A DNA stretch of 64,000 bases from Balanoglossus misakiensis (Eukaryota > Animalia > Hemichordata): the NCBI GenBank assembly GCA_040954595.2, contig CM082578.2:13422304-13486303 (forward strand), written 5' to 3'. Below the pieces are notes generated by a model. That model was given only the letters and a program-made list of their open reading frames with translations, did not search any database and was not told the origin of the DNA. Positions 1 through 12,362 of the stretch are shown here, piece by piece. The translations under genes were made by a program, and so were the position numbers. Numbering within the stretch: the stretch's first letter is position 1; each line of letters opens with the position of its first letter.

Positions 1-1673
1 CCCGATTTGTGTCTCCACGTCATTTTTTTACAAGTTCACACATGGACTGGACACTAAATATATATCAAGGTGCCCCAAATTTCTGTGAAAATCTCTGCTC
101 AAATAACTACAGGAATGCCACGAAACATGGATAACAGATACGTTCTGTTAATTCTTCGCCCCTGTGTTATATATACCTATCTCAAAAAAGAAATCTTGCA
201 TCGTCTGCACGCCATATTGGTTCTGGCTAGGTTCTGCATATCTGTATGAAGAATCATCGTCAAGTCTCATGATGTCTCCTATACAGCCGCAAGGAGTCTT
301 CTTCTTTCCTTATATGGGGACGTTTTATGATCACAATCTCGACCAGCATGTCTCCTTTTAAATCGACAGTTCTAACTCACTGGCAGACTCGAAAGTTCAA
401 TAAAATTAAGGCGATCGTGTTGAGCAAGCCGAATGCCACGGTGCAAAGATTCAATAGTTGGCCTCTGGAGACAGCAATGCGGTGGAAACCAGGTGTACTG
501 TTACTCAATTTCAACTGTTATATACTTGGGCATGAGTACTACTCAAATTGAGGCAGACATTATCACGCAGACGAAAATAGAACAGTGTGATGATTGCTCA
601 GGCGGTGAGAAAGTCATGAAAATGATATCACCGCCTCAATTTCTTTTTTCTTAATTGAAAGAGCGAGCTGTTTGCAAATTGGCTGGCTTTAAACGGATAA
701 TGGTTCGGCTTCCGAGAGGGCGACGAATCCGAAGTGGTTTTGAAAATTAATGAGCTGCTGTGCATGCTGAGTCTTCGTTCGAAAAGGATTGTGTGAATGT
801 AAAGCTGCGCATGCTGAGATTTATGAGAGCGGTTTTAATTAGTCGACAAGCCTTGCGTTTGAGAACGACTTTCAAACCTTCACACAACTTCACTTCTTTT
901 CTAGTTTTTTATTTGTATACATCATAATGAGTTCACCACAGCATGTCAAAATTTTATTTTGGGTTTCGGTGATTTAAAATCATTACTGGCAAATTACTTC
1001 ATTAAGTGTTTGGTGGTAACTATCAATTCCTTTGTTTTTCGTGTCTAGCGTGTTCAGCAAAAGTTGAACCCTCCCCAAATAAAAATAATAAGAGCGGGGG
1101 TTTCGCCCTCTTTGCGTTACGGGGTTGTTCAGTCTGTCTAAACAAGAGAATGTATCTGAATAGCACGAGATTGTATTTGCTAAGGAAATACGGCTCGAAG
1201 GAAATGCTACTTTATCCTGACGCATGAAATCACGTGAATTGTGACGTGGGATATTACCCACATTGCCCAAATATAAGATCAAACCTTGCCTCGTGCTGCT
1301 GTTTACATTTCTTTGTCAGTGTGGGTGTCAATGGCTGACATTATTTGAAAATTAAAATCATGCGTGATAGATGTCTTCAAATGGAGACCGTCGACGAATT
1401 TATTATAATGATTATGAGGTCATAGGTGAAACTTAATATATATAGATATATGTACGTTTAACCACCTGTTAATATTAAATGTTATGTATACAGATCACGT
1501 ACAGCTGGAGATCTAACCGATAAACTCCGCCTGCACAGTCCGCGTTTTTCACTCGCATCATTTGTCGATCGAAGATAAGGTTGTCTGCGCGTCCCCAAAG
1601 TGCCAATTCTCGTACAGCGAACAGTTTCAGCGTTTCAAGCCAACGAGAAGAATTGTTGGTGATTTGCTGAACC

Positions 1674-2684
1674 ATGGGACTGAATGAAAGCTGGGACGAT
1701 GGCGACAACGCGACTGCCGGTACCGATGCTTGTAAGATGGAACAAGGTACACAGTTTATCATAGGAATCGTCATCACTTCTTTGGGGATTGTTTGCAATA
1801 TCACTTTCATGTATGCGGTCTTTCGGGTCCGGTCGATGCGAACGGTGACCAATGCCTACCTGGTCAACCTGGCCGTCGCCGACTTGTTGCATTCGCTGGT
1901 GCACAGCATCATCTGGAACTGCTTCTACGTCGGTGGGCCGGCGTGTTTCCTCTACAGTCGCAACATCTACTGCGCCGTCATGTTTCCTTCCCGTGTCACC
2001 CAGTACGTGTCCATGTTCACCATAACGATACTCAGCATTGAACGCTTCATGGCACTGTGCAAACCCATGGTGTACCGCAGCGGCATTATCCACAGCAAGC
2101 GCTTTGTGGCATTAGTAATCATGGCAACTTGGGTGGTGTCGGCGCTGATCACAGTAGAAGGCTTCCTCGACTGCGTGGACCCCTCCACGCACCGCTCTGT
2201 TGCAGGAAGACTGGTGTATTTAGGCAGTGTCCTTATACTACTCATAGTAACCACGGTTATGTATGTCTTGATTATCCACAAGGTCAGAAAGTCCAAGAAA
2301 GCCGTGAAGAATAAGGAGAAACAGATCATCCGCATATGTTTCTCCACATCTCTTGTCTACTTTGTCTGCACCATGCCGACGGTTCTACAAGCTGTGGTGT
2401 TGTGCCTTCATCACTACAACCTGGTGGTGCTCTACAATGACCTGATGATCTGCCTGACCAACGCCAGCACATTTCTTCTGGAAATCAACTCCTTCGTTAA
2501 CCCAATCATCTACAACGCGCTAAGCTCCATCTACCGCAAAGCCTTCAAGGATGCATTTTCATGCGGTATGACCAGGCACTGTACCGCCGCGTACAACAAA
2601 CTACAGAAGCGTCCATCACAAAACACGGAGCTGACGGAGTCCAACCCACACAGAACAAGCAACCGATTCAAAGTCAACACATAG
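1674..2684 (+). CDS. Intronless class A (rhodopsin-family) GPCR, orphan peptide-receptor-like
   Basis: 336-aa ORF with 7 hydrophobic segments. Motifs: TM1 GIVCN, ICL1/TM2 MRTVTNAYLVNLAVADL, TM3 ERF (DRY equivalent), TM7 NPIIY. N-terminal sequons NES and NAT. Confidence 0.93.
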   Translation: MGLNESWDDGDNATAGTDACKMEQGTQFIIGIVITSLGIVCNITFMYAVFRVRSMRTVTNAYLVNLAVADLLHSLVHSIIWNCFYVGGPACFLYSRNIYCAVMFPSRVTQYVSMFTITILSIERFMALCKPMVYRSGIIHSKRFVALVIMATWVVSALITVEGFLDCVDPSTHRSVAGRLVYLGSVLILLIVTTVMYVLIIHKVRKSKKAVKNKEKQIIRICFSTSLVYFVCTMPTVLQAVVLCLHHYNLVVLYNDLMICLTNASTFLLEINSFVNPIIYNALSSIYRKAFKDAFSCGMTRHCTAAYNKLQKRPSQNTELTESNPHRTSNRFKVNT

Positions 2685-4092
2685 TGAGAGTTTCCCTGTG
2701 CAGAGACGTCAGCAATAATGGCCAAGACTTTGTTGCAAATAAATGTATGTAATATTTTTCCAGCCTGGTGGAATTTCATGTATTTTGAATCATTTTAATA
2801 ATCTCTTTATACATAAGCTTATCGGACACTAGACTCTCAACTCATTCCTTGGCACCAAGTGTTTCTACTGCTGTATTCGGTGGCGATTGTCAGTAATGTC
2901 GTAATGCTTAGAGTGAAACTGATTCTCCAATTCAATAAAGCAGTTCGTTCCATGTCAGTCCTAGATGTGTTTTACGAGAAACCGTCATCCAACATGAGAA
3001 GATGGAATAGTCGGAAAACTTTAGCCTCGGGTAAATAGGCTCCAATCAAGTCGATTGCTAGTTCTTTTTCCTGTGCATTCATCCGTTTTCATGTCAAGAA
3101 TTAAATGCAAACGTCGGTCTTGTAGTCGATTCTTCCAGGCTAACATTTAATAATGTATGTTATTTATCATCGGCTTTTGTCATGTTCGTGTGCCGGCACC
3201 ACTGCAAAGATGTTGTCGTTGTAGCAGATACGGTCATAAAAAGCAGAAGAGTTCTGAATTGTCCTTGTCCTGTCTTCCTTTCTTCCATCAGAGCCAATAT
3301 CGCTTATCTGAGCCTTGTGAACAAACCCCTGTGTCTAATAGCATTGGCCTTTATGCGCATCAGTGATGCCCAGTCAAATAGTATTATATGCCAGGGTATT
3401 ACATGCCAGACAGTCTAAAAGGTCAACGAGTGCAAAAAAAGAATTACTTGACAACAGACATTCAGACAAGCTCAGTCAAGGATAATGTGTAGTTTCTCCC
3501 AAAATGCTAGCAGTGAAGCATGTGCATAAAATTACTGTGTATATTAGAAGTTACAATTGGTTTTGGGCGGCACCCTTCGCTTTCCAACCAACATGCACAA
3601 ATCGGCCTTGAACCTGAAGGGGGAGAAATTAGTATCATGGGAGTTTGCGTAATGATAATGTAAAGGTCTCATTTTTTAGATTAAAACAGGGAAAAGAATA
3701 CCGAAATATTTCGTTTTCGGCATACCGAGCTCCAGTGTGCCAGAAAATAATGTGCTTTCTAAATTCAACACTCGTCGGAGTTGAGTGCTTATTGTCAAAC
3801 TGCATCATTTCATGTTACGACCACAAAGAGTTTCAAGGATACATGTAAGGCGCATTGTGGCAGAGGTAGATGACTCGAAGGAAATGTCTTTCATCTGTAT
3901 TAGTTTTCCACGAAGCTTGTCAGGTGGTACCCGCTCTTCTTTTCTTAGTTGATGGATTTGCAACCCGCCATGACCAAGACAACATTGCTTAATGTGCGTT
4001 TCAATCCATGTCAGATCGATTCACCGAGAACGAGAGGGGGGGGGGGATGTCAGTCACCCAGCCAGCCTGAGTTAATCATTCAGTTGACAAGG

Positions 4093-4141
4093 CAGACAGA
4101 CAGACAGACAGATTGGCGGAGACAGAGACAGATAGACAGAC
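4093..4141. repeat. Imperfect (CAGA)n microsatellite
   Basis: cagacagacagacagacagat...gacagagacagatagacagac. Confidence 0.75.
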
Positions 4142-6213
4142 ATTGGGCGATAACAATTGTGACTTCATGGTAAACGATCGACTTAAGTACTTAATATCAT
4201 CATCTTTGTGATGCCCAAGGCCATTTGTCTAATAATAATTACCCCCCCCCCCCCGTTTGACATTATTCAAAAGCAAACTTCGCAAAATTCAATTACGTGA
4301 TTTTTATTTTACTTGGAAAACATATACCCCGGGTAGATGCAAATACAATGAGCTATCTCAAAGGATGCTACGGATACATTGCGTACAATCTTGATGATAG
4401 TCACGAAAAGGAATCTTGGCAGGATACCTAAAGGTTACAAAGTGTCTTGTCTGTTATTGAACATTGTATTGGAGACAAAGTTCGATGAGATGAATGATTT
4501 ACGACTGTCACTACACAACCGAAGCAGAAACAAAGTAGGACGGCAGTTACTAAGCTTCCGCATCAACAGACATTTGCTTGATGGAAACTTTTCCACTGAG
4601 ATTTGGTTTGTTAATGGATATAAAACGACATAGCAGTAATCACTGCAGTAGAAACAGTCAAACAGTTGACGTTTAGTTTCTGATGAAACTCGGTAAGCGC
4701 GCCTTCAAATGACGGGAATCCGAGCATTGTCTCCTGCTCAGCCCTGAAGCACTATTGGAATGGGGAGAAAATCAATTCAGGGTTGGAACGGGGCGAGGTC
4801 GGAAGGAAATTAAATGCAAAGCGATTCCATATATGAAAGGTCGGGTGATATGGTTTTTCTGCTGATGCCACACGCATGACACAACTGTCAACTTCCATAT
4901 TCACAAAGTCGATACATCAGTATCAAACACGTTAAATTGAAAGCCACGTTACGTGTTTCTTTGCGTTCCATGTACATTTGTGTGACTGTATGTGTGTAGA
5001 CAGAAAATATGAAACCAATACTACGATATATGTCGTGGATTACAGAAATGAAAACGGAACAAATCTTATTCGTAACCTTCATTTTGACTCAGATCGTTCT
5101 CCCAGGACACTGACAAAGACATGTTAGGATAACGCGTGTTGGTCTGCATCATAACAGGCGACAAGTTGTATTACACTTGACAAATTCACTCAGTTATCAA
5201 TTGGCAAATAATTATTACCGGGACCAGTACACTAGGGGGGCTTTCGCATAACATTCATGCAGCTATTCCAGGTCTGAAGTATTGATGTCGCATGGCATTA
5301 GGCTTCATAAAAAGGGACAATAGTGGAGTATATACTTTCGTGATTTGGCGATCTCCCATCGAAACAGTTTCAAACCAATCGTTATGAAACCGTTTTAGCA
5401 TGCCATGAACGTGGATGGCTAGTATTATATCATAAAATACCGGGATTTCAATTCATAGTTCAGTTACGACGGAGTGGCTATATTTTCTCATTACGAATAT
5501 TGACGGCGTTCGGGCTAGCCAAATACCAATCGATTGTAAATCCTCTGCAGAGTGCGACTATAACCTGTAGCTATGGCAACGAACAATTCCGAAGATACAC
5601 CTTCAATTTGCTGAGTGCGGTTAACAGTAGTGACAGTAATGGGTGTCTTAACAGCAAAGTTACTTGAACTAAAACTGTTCTCTATTTTAAATAGATTTAG
5701 TCTAATCAGTCGTTTTCAATTAGACTGATAAATAAGATATTGTTTTAAAATTGGGTGATGCTTAATTGTCGTCATGGAAGGATTACATTGAAATGGCAGT
5801 TTCCCTGTAGCTGTATTTATTGTTATTGGAGAATGTAATGGAAATGTTCGATTATGTCCAGATGTTGTTGACAGCGCGTCATTTTTCTGCTTTGTCAGAT
5901 ATCGTTTGCCTACACGTTATGGATTTAGAGAAGCAGGGATTTGAGCGTCATAGCGGGTAGAACTTGAAAATAGAACAAAGTGCTCAAGGAAAAAATGGAG
6001 CTTGCACAGCATTCGCAATGTCAATATACGAAGGAACGGGTTTGATACTTGGAATGATTTATTGTGTTATTAATCAATAGTATGTTTTCACAACCAATGA
6101 CTATTAGCGGCATATTGGCATACTTGAGTACACCTCGGCGTTAAAGCTAGATACAGATGCAATAAGAATATCTTGCTACAAAGCAATCACGTCAAACAGG
6201 TTGGGCTCCCCCC

Positions 6214-6236
6214 CCCTCTCTCTCTCTCTCTCTCTC
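6214..6236. repeat. (CT)n microsatellite after a poly-C run
   Basis: Seen directly in the sequence. Confidence 0.85.
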
Positions 6237-8989
6237 AATGTTATGTGTATTCTGACTTCAAATAACAACAAATTACTACCATTCCAAATCTAGTATCGTT
6301 TGGTTGGGAACAGAACATTGGCATGGAAGTAACTTTTACCGGTATTATTGTCACAGGGCGTTAAACCCCATGAGTTATGGCTTCACTTTGTGAGAACACC
6401 GAGTCTCCCACTTATGCATCAACCTCCCCCCCCCCCCCACCTCCTTCCTCAAACGACTAAACTAAAGCTCCTACACACTGGCAGGCAGTACAGCTTTGCA
6501 ATGAGAAACTTGATAACAACCAAAAGCACCGATTCCCAAGACATTAGCAAACATAAGAATTAATCTTCTGAAATTCAAGCGGGCTTAGTGCACAGAGAAA
6601 ACTTCGAATTCCCCCGACGGTGGGACATTCGAAATGACTGAAAACTGAGCAGGCTCAATAGGAAGAGATTTCACGTCACGTTGCGGGAATCCGGTATTCT
6701 TTACAGCAAAGATGATTTCTTAATCCGATATATTAACAGTGGACTGGTGCACAGACAGAATAATGAAACTTGGGACTTCGTCGCCAAGCCTGACGTGTCC
6801 ATGTCGCATCCGTTGTAATTGGAACGGGGGTCTTTGATCATAAATATTTCTTAGCTCTATCCGCGGTTTTCATGTTTACTCAACTCAAAGTAGAAATCGT
6901 TTCATGATACCAAGATTATTCTAATCAGGAGACATTTTAGCTCTCGTGCAAAACACAGACCTAGTGCATGCCGACCTATATTTGTATGTCTGCACAGTCT
7001 GCTACACATTTGTGTCTGCGTGTCTGTGCGTGTGCCTGTCAGTGTCTTCGGCATCTCAACAAGCGACGTAGCGACCGATACAGCTTGAATACTTGCATTT
7101 ATATAAAGAAGATAATTGACTAAGAATTAAATGGCGTACTTCACTTGAGATTCGGACAAACTTTAAATAACAGCAGAGCTAAAAAGGCAAATTTGGGCGA
7201 TGCAGAAAATGCATACTAAATTTCAAGGCAATCGGATAAGCGGATTCTAAGTTTTTTGACCAAAATAGGAAATCCCCCCACCACCACCACCACCAAAAAA
7301 TACAATATTGCAGAATTTGTCATTATTTGAACAGGTATGATTAGATCACATCCAGGAGCATGCATACCAAACTTCACAATAATTGGACCAGAAAAGAAAA
7401 TGTAGACAGATGGCGGCTGGCGACGAAAAATCACCCTATCTGATAAGCTCTGTGTTGGTGACAGTGAAGCAAAAAACGGCTGATCAGATTTCAATTGAAT
7501 TCGGTACACAAGATCAGTGTAGATAAGCAATGGTTTGGAGACTGAAGTACGTGACAAAACCTGGTCAGCATTTGTTTGTGTGACTTACGTTCAACGGAAA
7601 TTATCCGAGATGTCATTTTCCGATTAACTTAACGATGGTCTATCATGGACAACGCAAATGGCATGTACAAAGAATTAACACTCGAATTTAGAGGAATCAT
7701 ACCATTGTTACTAATCTTGCAAGATTATGCTGGCACTATCCGTTATCTGCTTATCTGCATATTTAATGACAATCGGTATTACATTTCCGAAATTGCTGCA
7801 CCAAATATATCAAAACTTGCGTTACTGAATCCGATAGCTAGCTATTAAGTGTAATTTTAAACATTTGCCGGTTTCATGTTAATATGCATTTTTAACAAAC
7901 TCATGTAATTTGCAGTAGGCCTATACATGTAAATCTAAAGTTACTTTACCAAACTTTATGAATCTACAGCATCAGCTTACCATCATTTTCGCAGCCTTGA
8001 TTTGTCTAATCATTTTCGCATCGCATACAAATTAATTCACATCCAGGTCTGGCATTCCCAACCTACCGTAAGTTTTACCTACTGACTCTTTACATCTAAA
8101 CAAATTCGGAATGAAGTATAAAATTATACATTTACATCACCGATATAAATTATATGGAATAAAAGTGCAGACGGAAATTGCCCGGTCATAAACACTGACC
8201 GGTTGTGAATGTGTTTATCGTTTATCGTCTGCTCCGGGGGAAAAGGAAATGCGAGGAATGATGCAGAACATTCCAAATTATTAATTGCACCAAGTTGGGA
8301 ATATCAGTGAAAATTTAAAACGGTAGGGCTTAAAGCAAGGCGCAATTCGCACGAAGTCAATTTTGCATGAACACATATATGCCCATGGCTCTTTCTTGGT
8401 AAAAGTAAATGCTAGGATAAACATTCAAACTACTTCTCGAATGAAAGACGGAGAAGTGGTACATTATACATCAGACATAAATGCTCATCCATCTAAAGAA
8501 TACACCGACTGCACTGATGTGGCGTGGCGGTCACGGTTTTATAATTTCAGTCCCCATGCGATACACAGGTGTGTGTGTGCCTGTGTCATCGATATCTCAG
8601 GCATGGTTTATCAGATTTCAACCAAATTTGGTTGGCAGGCCCCCTCGTTTACTAGTAATGGCAAGAAATTATCGGATTCTGGCGGACATCACTTCTTATA
8701 TGTCATCATATACCTGCACACTGCAACATGCTTGCTTTAAATATGAAACCAAAGTAGATCTTTGTAGTTGTCAGCTTTCCTGAAGCTGTTCCTGGAAGTT
8801 TTTCTCATGCTGCATATCATTTAGCAATTGGCCAATCACAATGCTCCATTCAGGGTCTTTATTTATTATTAATATTAACCCTTCATCTAATCTATATAGC
8901 AATGAAATGTGGGCTTCTCACATAACCGACTGCTCTACAGCCACTTTTCCTTTTACAAGCATTCAATTAGCACACAAGGTAACCATCTG

Positions 8990-9004
8990 ACACTAGGTGG
9001 CGCT
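8990..9004 (+). promoter_or_regulatory. CTCF-like motif
   Basis: ACACTAGGTGGCGCT closely fits the CTCF core CCASYAGRKGGCRS and lies just beyond the APEX2 3' end. Confidence 0.45.
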
Positions 9005-9361
9005 CTTGAAATGTTTCCCGGCACAGAAGGAAAATTTAGTGTTTCTGATAGCAGGTAGACAAAGAATGATACTATTGCGACACTTGGGTAAACACAAGAC
9101 AGAGATTAAAATCAGCTGACTTTTATTTTTCTGTTCTGTATTCACAACATTAAAAATTACAAAAAGGCCTACTGTACATGTACATCAAACTATGGTCTGA
9201 ACTTCTCTGAATCTAAGAGACATGGAAGAAACACTAAAACACCCACTAAAATTTCCCACTGATGTCCAGCATGTACTAAAATTGTTTGTATTCAATGTCG
9301 TTTTAAGTGTCAGTTGCAGACAGAAAGATCTTGAGATCTGATCAAAGATCTATGATACATT

Positions 9362-12071
9362 TCATCTTTTTTTCACCCAGTGGAAGAAATCACAACGGGC
9401 TTCTTTGTCATCCTTGCGTCCCTCGGGTCTAGCACAAGTGTAAAACTGTCGCCCATGGTTGGGTCCCGACTTCCGGACAGTTTTCAGAACAGCTGGTTCT
9501 TTGTGGCCCTTACACAGAGGCGGTGGTGGAGGACCTGTCAACACAGACTTCCATTTCGCCGCTTGGCTTTTCTTCCTCTCACCAAAATCTTCAAAAGCAG
9601 ATGAATCATAGGATTCTAACGAACTGCAGGACTGCTGGGAAAGCTCTGTTACTTCTGTATCACTTATGTTACTTGAAGTACCCGCTGTCACACTTTCTCT
9701 TGGTGAACTGCCTGCTGGGAGTTCTGTTTTATCAACACCAATCTGACTGGGCAGGTCTTTTCCGGGTTTGTGGCTTTGGCTATAACTGTCTGATTTCTTC
9801 TGAAAGAAGTTCATGATGCTGAGATTTTTTCGCTTGTCATCTCCAGCAGTCTTTCGTCGCTTGGAGGGGCTATCTTTGCCTTTAGAGTTGTTCCTTTTCA
9901 GGGAACCTTTACCCACTTTTGTTTCTCCTTTTTCTGCTTGTGTTTTACTTTCCTGAGTGGATTTCTTCTCAGGCGAGGGATCAGAACTCGCCACCAATTC
10001 ACTTTCACGCGTTCTCTTGCTTGTTGCTGTAAAGAAAGCTGAAAGTTTTTGTTGTTTTCCAGCAAATTCTGGCATGTACTTAGTGCAAAGAGACGGACAT
10101 TTCCTAGCCGGTATGCCTGTACATTTCAGTGTTGCTTTCACAGGGCAATGATCAGAACCTTGGAAATCTGGCATGGTGATAGAGTCTTCAAATATCTCCT
10201 CACAGAGATAAATATCTGCAAATATGTAATCAATTCGGGTTCCATAATTCAGTTGTCTTGCTGATGAAGCCACAGACCAGCATGTGAAAGCTTCTCTCTG
10301 TGTTGGATGGAAGTATCGAAAAGTATCAATGAATTTGCCGCCAGACTTTTTCTGTGCATGCCCTTTCACTGGACTATCACTTTCAGATTCCGAGGACCGA
10401 TAAGCATCTCTTTGCACAGTGACTGGTTTGCCGTCCTCTGTGAGCTCGCACAGAAACTGACTCAACCACTGCCGGCCTGGTACAGCTGCATAGAATCTCT
10501 GCGAAGATAATCAATACAACAGAAAACTTCAATAATAAAGCTAGTCTTTGCACAAAACCTTTGATTTAGGATGCAGACAAGGAAAGTTTGGTGTAGATGA
10601 GTAGTGGACAAAAACACTAAAGTAACAGGTATTGAAAATGCTGAACAGTATATACTGGTTAGAGCACCATAGTAAAGATGCACATGTTATAGATAAATAG
10701 TGATGTGCTTGCAACATTTCCACATTTAGGAAGTTCTTTGATTCAACATGAAACTGACTTACCTTATTATCTGGCTCACAATGATCTATGGGTTTATGGG
10801 ATTGATTTATGTCACCTAGTATAATCACATGTCTGAAATCAAACAGAGTTTAGGGAGTCCAGTAAAATCTCATATAATCTTGAGGGGGATATCTGAGTGC
10901 CCTGTACATTGATCAAAAGAAATATGATACCAATCACGACTTACTTTCCAGCTTTAAGCAATGCTTCACTTCTCCTTTGAAGCAGGGCATGGAAATTAAG
11001 TTTGAACTTTAACCTTTGTTCATCGTCTGGGTCGTATCGAGGACAATACACATTCATAACTGCAACCTCCATTTCAGCACCCGAGTTGTCCCTAAAATTT
11101 AAAATGCCACTGGAATGAATTATCTCATACTGCACTGCACTGTACTGTATCTATTCATTTGTTTATACCCATTTTAGATAATGTCTACATTCAGAATAAA
11201 ATCCATTCTACTCACTTGAATTTGTGTAAGGTGATGACACATCTTCCTTCATTGTCAAGCGATTGCAAACTATCATCAGTGAAATCAGAGTGGTCACCAT
11301 AGAAACCCACAGTGTCATTCCCAGCGGTGCTTGCATGCAGTCCAGTTAATCCTTCCTCTGCAGCTACAGGCACTGAGGAATCTTTACAGAAAGTTGCAAC
11401 ACCTGGAATCGGTCAGATTTGTTGTTGATAAGACAAAGGAACAATACCCATAATGGTCCACAGAATTGGGATGTTTGTGATCTGCAAACATCTCACCTGA
11501 GTAACCTGCTCTTCCTCTTGAAAAACTAAAATATGCATTATAACCATCAACAATGGCAGAGGGCTCATCCAGCTGATCACCTGGTTTAACATAAGATACA
11601 TGACAAAAGGGACAAAGTTATTTATTTTGATAGGCAGTTGTCCTCACAGAATTGAAATGGTTTTGTGTATGACATATTGACATATCATTCATGTAGACCC
11701 TCTTATAGCCTGAGGTTTGGTGTGCAGAGCTACCATGGAACGTTTTCAATATCGTGCGATTTACCCTCTGCAACCTCTGCGTGGCAGGGCTGTGTGTCTT
11801 GCGGTGATGCCTCAACACCGCGTAAGATACACATCCCTGTCACATAGAGCTTACTCTGCATGATCTGCTCTGATGGAGTGCATGATACACCACACCAGTA
11901 TTGAACATTTGTACTAGTCGTAGTACATGTACTAGAATAATTGAACAAGTACGTACGTGTAACTTTTGTTTCTTGGATACAAATTATATCTGCATCTAGT
12001 GATTTAAAAAGTTCGCCGAGTTTAATTTTGGTTGCTCGTATGCCGTTGATGTTCCATGAAAGTATCTTCAT
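9362..12071 (-). CDS. APEX2: DNA-(apurinic/apyrimidinic site) endonuclease 2, about 6 coding exons
   Basis: Exons encode MKILSWNINGIR..IICIQETK, GYSGVATFC, NVYCP, ILGDIN, DTFR..FTCW..NYGTRIDY and GSDHCPV (EEP nuclease). PIP box QQKLSAFF and C-terminal GRF zinc finger (CKGH..GPNHGRQFYTC..CDFFHW). Confidence 0.96.
11636..11865 (-). ncRNA. Candidate intronic box H/ACA snoRNA or scaRNA in APEX2 intron 1
   Basis: On the minus strand: a long 5' hairpin (11774-11849) with UGAG in its loop, an H box ACACCA (11723-11718), then a 3' hairpin closed by CCUCA/UGAGG and followed directly by ACA (11641-11639). The 5' boundary is approximate. Confidence 0.45.
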
Positions 12072-12362
12072 TTTGCATGGTTTGTTGATACTATCGTCCT
12101 TTTCATCACGGTTTGTCAACATGGTCTGCACACATGCGCAAACTTGGTGGAATTGACACGTGCCTTTTCTATTGGCTCTTTGTGGCACATGGCGTCGACT
12201 GAACAGCCAATCCACACGCACGTCTCATTAATAAAGTGGCGTCTGTTGTGGCGGGTTCATTTCGTCCACAGTGAACGAACCTGTTGTTATTGTGAAATTG
12301 GCAGGGTGGTACATCCGTGAAAGTGAATTCAACTACAACTGTTTGCAAAGCCCCATGCAAAC
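12072..12362. promoter_or_regulatory. Bidirectional promoter region between APEX2 and TMPO
   Basis: Divergent start codons about 290 bp apart. CCAAT boxes in both orientations (attgg near 12171, ccaat near 12207). Confidence 0.6.

Noticed and set aside
1475-2347. Several minus-strand and alternate-frame ORFs
   Set aside because: They overlap the GC-richer GPCR CDS and are shadow ORFs.
7200-8830. Possible decayed non-autonomous repeat(s) and 100-125 aa ORFs
   Set aside because: It reads like an interspersed repeat, but I found no second copy, TIR pair, TSD or transposase motif in the window, and the ORFs lack recognisable motifs.
11640-11700. U17/snR30 identity, suggested by an AAACCAU m2-like motif
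   Set aside because: The m1 motif AUAUUCCUA is absent and the position relative to ACA differs.
11636-12300. Telomerase RNA, suggested by the H/ACA domain and a P6.1-like AGAGUAAGCUCU
   Set aside because: No CUAACCCU-type template or pseudoknot upstream; that region is APEX2 exon 1, and the spacing does not fit.
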